From: a bacterium | Lineage (GTDB): Bacteria; Zhuqueibacterota; Zhuqueibacteria; Oceanimicrobiales; Oceanimicrobiaceae | Direction: 5' to 3' | Length of the DNA: 10,294 bases | Assembly: GCA_046757025.1 (NCBI GenBank) | Contig: JBHHXN010000185.1 | Span: forward strand, 1-10,294 | In this document: one piece after another, positions 7,500 through 10,294 of the stretch | How positions within the stretch are numbered: the first letter of the stretch is position 1 | Layout: each line of letters starts with the position of its first letter | Made by a program: the position numbers and the translations under genes | Notes under the pieces: model-generated | Seen by the model: only the letters and a program-made list of their open reading frames with translations | Database searches by the model: none | Told to the model about the DNA's origin: nothing

Positions 7500-7692
7500 T
7501 GGCTACCCCCCATTTTTTTGAATTAGCATGATCCAACACGGTTTGCAACCGTGTTTAGGCACAAATGCGATACATACACAGTTAGAAACTGTGTAGAATC
7601 AGAATTGAATATTTTAATTTTTTTGTATTATATAACTTATTGTTTTGTATGGGCTTATGCTTCATTCAATCCCAATTTTTGGGGGGTAGCCA
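7500..7692. mobile_element. Non-autonomous miniature inverted-repeat element (193 bp) with 13-bp TIRs and 15-bp target-site duplication
   Basis: TGGCTACCCCCCA (7500-7512) and TGGGGGGTAGCCA (7680-7692) are perfect inverted repeats. They are directly flanked by the identical direct repeat CATTTTTAAAGACAC (7485-7499 and 7693-7707). No credible ORF inside. Confidence 0.82.
7535..7595. promoter_or_regulatory. Pair of related 21-bp palindromes (putative tandem protein-binding sites)
   Basis: AACACGGTT-TGC-AACCGTGTT (7535-7555) and TACACAGTT-AGA-AACTGTGTA (7575-7595). Consensus wACACrGTT-N3-AACyGTGTw, 40-bp period. Confidence 0.55.
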
Positions 7693-7748
7693 CATTTTTA
7701 AAGACACTTGCCGCGGCGGAAGCCATGCAAGAATTTTCCCCGATTTAA

Positions 7749-7762
7749 TGCAATTTATTGCA
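7749..7762. promoter_or_regulatory. Palindrome, candidate upstream activator site for a sigma54 enhancer-binding protein
   Basis: TGCAAT-TT-ATTGCA, about 80-95 bp upstream of the -24 element, separated from it by AT-rich DNA. Confidence 0.35.
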
Positions 7763-7841
7763 CAATATACTAAAAATGTTATGAAAATTTGTTTGGCCAA
7801 GTTAAAGTTTATAAAAAACTTAGGATTTCTTTTAATCCCTG

Positions 7842-7857
7842 TGGCATAAAGTTTGCG
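7842..7857 (+). promoter_or_regulatory. sigma54 (RpoN) -24/-12 promoter for the TonB-dependent receptor
   Basis: TGGCATAAAGTTTGCG: GG (7843-7844) and GC (7855-7856) separated by exactly 10 nt, matching TGGCAC-N5-TTGC. Confidence 0.65.
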
Positions 7858-8102
7858 AAAATTTCTCCCTTTTAGAAGAGTAGGAAGGAATCATTCTATA
7901 AATTCCTATAGAATCCCGAAATTCAAATTTCAATAAAATATCTTCCCCCTGATTATTACTCTTAAGATCTATGTTAACAGCAAAGAATCGGAAGGAGGTG
8001 AAATAACACAAACCGATGTAAAAAGGATTAGGCTGTAGTAACTTTTCCATGGTTGGCTAAGAAACTGATTTAAACATGAAACTAATTTGAGGAGGATTAT
8101 TG

Positions 8103-10294
8103 ATGATTACGAAATTAACCAACAAGGTGAGCATCACTTTATTGATACTAACAGCATTGTGCCTGATGGTTTTTGCCACTCAGTTGGACGCTCAAGAAGG
8201 TACAGTTACCGGTAAGATCATTACGGCTGATTCAGAACCTCTGGCAGGAGCCAATGTGTCAGTGGTTGGTACCCTGAGAGGGTCAAGCACCAATGTGGAT
8301 GGTGTCTACATTCTAAATCTGCCACCTGGTAATTACACGATTCGGGCTACATTCATTGGATATGCGGCAGTCGAACGAGAAATACAGGTAACCTCGGGCG
8401 AGTCCGTTACTGAGGATTTCCAGTTAGAGGAAGATGTTTTGCAGATAGGCGAAATCCTGGTAACTGGAACGCGTAGCAGGGGACGTACGGCAATTCAATC
8501 TCCCGTGCCAATCGATACGTTTAGTGACCTAATTCTGGAACGCCAGGGCAATGGCGATATAACAGAAACATTGAAGAACATCGTGCCTTCCTACGCAGCG
8601 ACTCCTCTGACCGGTGACGGTGCTGCCTTCGTACGACCGACATCGCTGCGCGGCCTTCCGCCGGATGATATTCTGGTTCTGATGAATTCCAAACGCCGCC
8701 ATCGTTCTTCATTGATCTCGCATTTCGGTGCCGCGATGAATGTGGGCGCCCACGCTGTGGACGTTGGCATGATTCCGAGCATTGCCCTGAAGAAGCTTGA
8801 AATCTTGCGTGACGGCGCTTCGGCACAGTACGGTTCGGATGCCATAGCGGGCGTAATGAACTTCATTTTGAAAGACAATTCACAAGGCATCGAAGTCCAG
8901 GCTACTACCAGTCGTTGGTATAATGCTCCTAACGGTAGGGGCGGCGAAACCGATGTAAAGCTCGGCGTCAATGTCGGCTTGCCCCTTACTAAAAAAGGCT
9001 TTCTGAACCTCAGTGGTGAGTATATCAGCAATCCGGAGCTTTCCCGCGGTGTCCAGCATGCATCTGCAGCCGAAGGATACAAAGGATGGACAGCTAATGC
9101 AGATGTAGATGACTGGGATCCGGCGATGAATTGGGGCCGCCCGAAGAGCAGCGGTTTTCGATCGGTTTGGAATGCCGGACTGAGGCTGAGCGATAACGCG
9201 GAAGGTTATTCCTTTGGTAATTATGCGGACACTTATGGTAATTACAGCTTTTTCTATCGCGCGCCTGGAAAGAGCGGCGCACTGACGCCTGTACCGCTTG
9301 ACCCCACGGATCCTTCCAAAGGAAACTTTTCCTGGGGCGATACGTTCCCGCTGGGATTTACACCGCGTCTTCAAGGAGACCAAAAGGATTTTAGCGGGGT
9401 CATTGGTATTAAGGGTGATCTCGATATTGGGAACGGTTTGAATTATGACCTGAGCGCCAGCTACGGGTATAACCGGCTCTCATATACGCTCAATGGGTCG
9501 CTGAACCTCTCCTGGGGACCGGACTCACCATTCGTTTTCGATATAGGCGACTTGAAGCAAAGTGAAACCAATTACAACGCGGATTTCTCGTATCCTCTCT
9601 CCGATGACTTCAATGTGGCCTTCGGTCTTGAATGGCGCGAAGAGGTCTACCAGATGTTTGAGGGACAAAAGGAATCGTGGGCACCCGGACCTTGGTCTAA
9701 GGTCCACCTGTTGACTAACCCGGAAACCGGCGAAAAATATACCCCTCCTGGCCTTGTAGCCAATGGCATGCGCGGCACGAGCCGGGACGAAGCTGGTGTC
9801 TTTGACCGCCAAAACACGGCAATTTATGTTGATGCTGAATGGGATGTCAGTGAAGACTTCCTCATTCAAGCTGCGGGCCGTTTCGAAGATTTTTCCGATT
9901 TTGGTACTACCACGAACGGTAAACTTGCCGCCCGTTATAGTCTTTCTGACAAATTTTCTCTACGGGGCGCAGTATCTACAGGTTTTCGGGCACCCACCCC
10001 GGGTCAGGCGAACGTCACGACCGTTGTCACCTCGTTCGATGGCGTGACCGGCAAGCAGGTGCAGGAAGGCACCGTGCGTCCGGATGACCCCCTCGCTGTA
10101 GCTTTGGGTGGTGCGGCGCTGGTACCGGAAGATGCGTTCAACGTCAGCTTTGGTTTAACAGCACGTCCCTCTAGAAACCTGAATCTGACGGTTGATGCGT
10201 ACCAAATTGACGTAGATAGCCGCATCATAAAATCCAGAGCGCTTCCCGTCGTGGGAAATCCGGAATTTTCAGAGCTTGCGTTCTACACCAATGC
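8103..10294 (+). CDS. TonB-dependent outer-membrane receptor (N-terminal CarboxypepD_reg-like domain, plug, beta-barrel), 3'-truncated by the window
   Basis: My translation is open from ATG 8103 (SD GAGGAGG at 8089-8095) to the window end: MITKLTNKVSITLLILTALCLMVFATQLDAQEGTVTGKI...EPLAGANVSV...TFIGY...EILVTGTR...SPVPID...LRGLPPDDILVLMNSKRRH...LEILRDGASAQYGSDAIAGVMNFILK...RFEDFSDFG...STGFRAP. Absent from the ORF track because it has no stop in the window. Confidence 0.95.
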   Translation, partial: MITKLTNKVSITLLILTALCLMVFATQLDAQEGTVTGKIITADSEPLAGANVSVVGTLRGSSTNVDGVYILNLPPGNYTIRATFIGYAAVEREIQVTSGESVTEDFQLEEDVLQIGEILVTGTRSRGRTAIQSPVPIDTFSDLILERQGNGDITETLKNIVPSYAATPLTGDGAAFVRPTSLRGLPPDDILVLMNSKRRHRSSLISHFGAAMNVGAHAVDVGMIPSIALKKLEILRDGASAQYGSDAIAGVMNFILKDNSQGIEVQATTSRWYNAPNGRGGETDVKLGVNVGLPLTKKGFLNLSGEYISNPELSRGVQHASAAEGYKGWTANADVDDWDPAMNWGRPKSSGFRSVWNAGLRLSDNAEGYSFGNYADTYGNYSFFYRAPGKSGALTPVPLDPTDPSKGNFSWGDTFPLGFTPRLQGDQKDFSGVIGIKGDLDIGNGLNYDLSASYGYNRLSYTLNGSLNLSWGPDSPFVFDIGDLKQSETNYNADFSYPLSDDFNVAFGLEWREEVYQMFEGQKESWAPGPWSKVHLLTNPETGEKYTPPGLVANGMRGTSRDEAGVFDRQNTAIYVDAEWDVSEDFLIQAAGRFEDFSDFGTTTNGKLAARYSLSDKFSLRGAVSTGFRAPTPGQANVTTVVTSFDGVTGKQVQEGTVRPDDPLAVALGGAALVPEDAFNVSFGLTARPSRNLNLTVDAYQIDVDSRIIKSRALPVVGNPEFSELAFYTN

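Noticed and set aside
7535..7595. Mini CRISPR array
   Set aside because: Only two non-identical 21-bp units with a 19-bp gap, and no cas genes or leader.
7632..7658. ATAACTTATTGTTTTGTATGGGCTTAT as a dif-like or tyrosine-recombinase site
   Set aside because: Only short terminal symmetry in AT-rich DNA, no match to XerC/XerD arm consensus and no recombinase nearby.
7551..8050. Short ORFs 7551-7748, 7640-7849 and 7832-8050
   Set aside because: AT-rich, no convincing RBS or recognisable domains, and they cross element boundaries or promoter motifs.
8076..8090. MKLI* leader peptide overlapping the receptor SD
   Set aside because: Four codons, no SD of its own and no regulatory codon run, so likely chance.
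8521..10228. Track ORFs in the right-hand 2 kb
   Set aside because: All are antisense or out-of-frame shadows of the TonB-dependent receptor.

Overview
Bacterial chromosomal window (Gram-negative; the strong Shine-Dalgarno use and CarboxypepD_reg-type TonB receptor suggest an FCB-group lineage, which is only a guess). The minus strand carries six co-oriented genes: tryptophan 2,3-dioxygenase (kynA, long form), a secreted NTF2/SnoaL-like protein, a 64-aa peptide translationally coupled to a compact signal-less reductive-dehalogenase-like 2x[4Fe-4S] protein, a secreted DUF885 protein and a secreted S9B dipeptidyl peptidase IV. A TonB-dependent receptor, missed by the ORF track, starts at 8103 on the plus strand behind a sigma54-type promoter and runs off the window end. 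The intergenic gaps hold several small structured elements. The clearest is a 193-bp non-coding element (7500-7692) with 13-bp terminal inverted repeats, an unusually long 15-bp flanking direct repeat and two related internal palindromes 40 bp apart, inserted just upstream of the kynA -35 box. There is also an 84-bp nested inverted-repeat element, a REP-like doublet and a possible IS end at the left edge.
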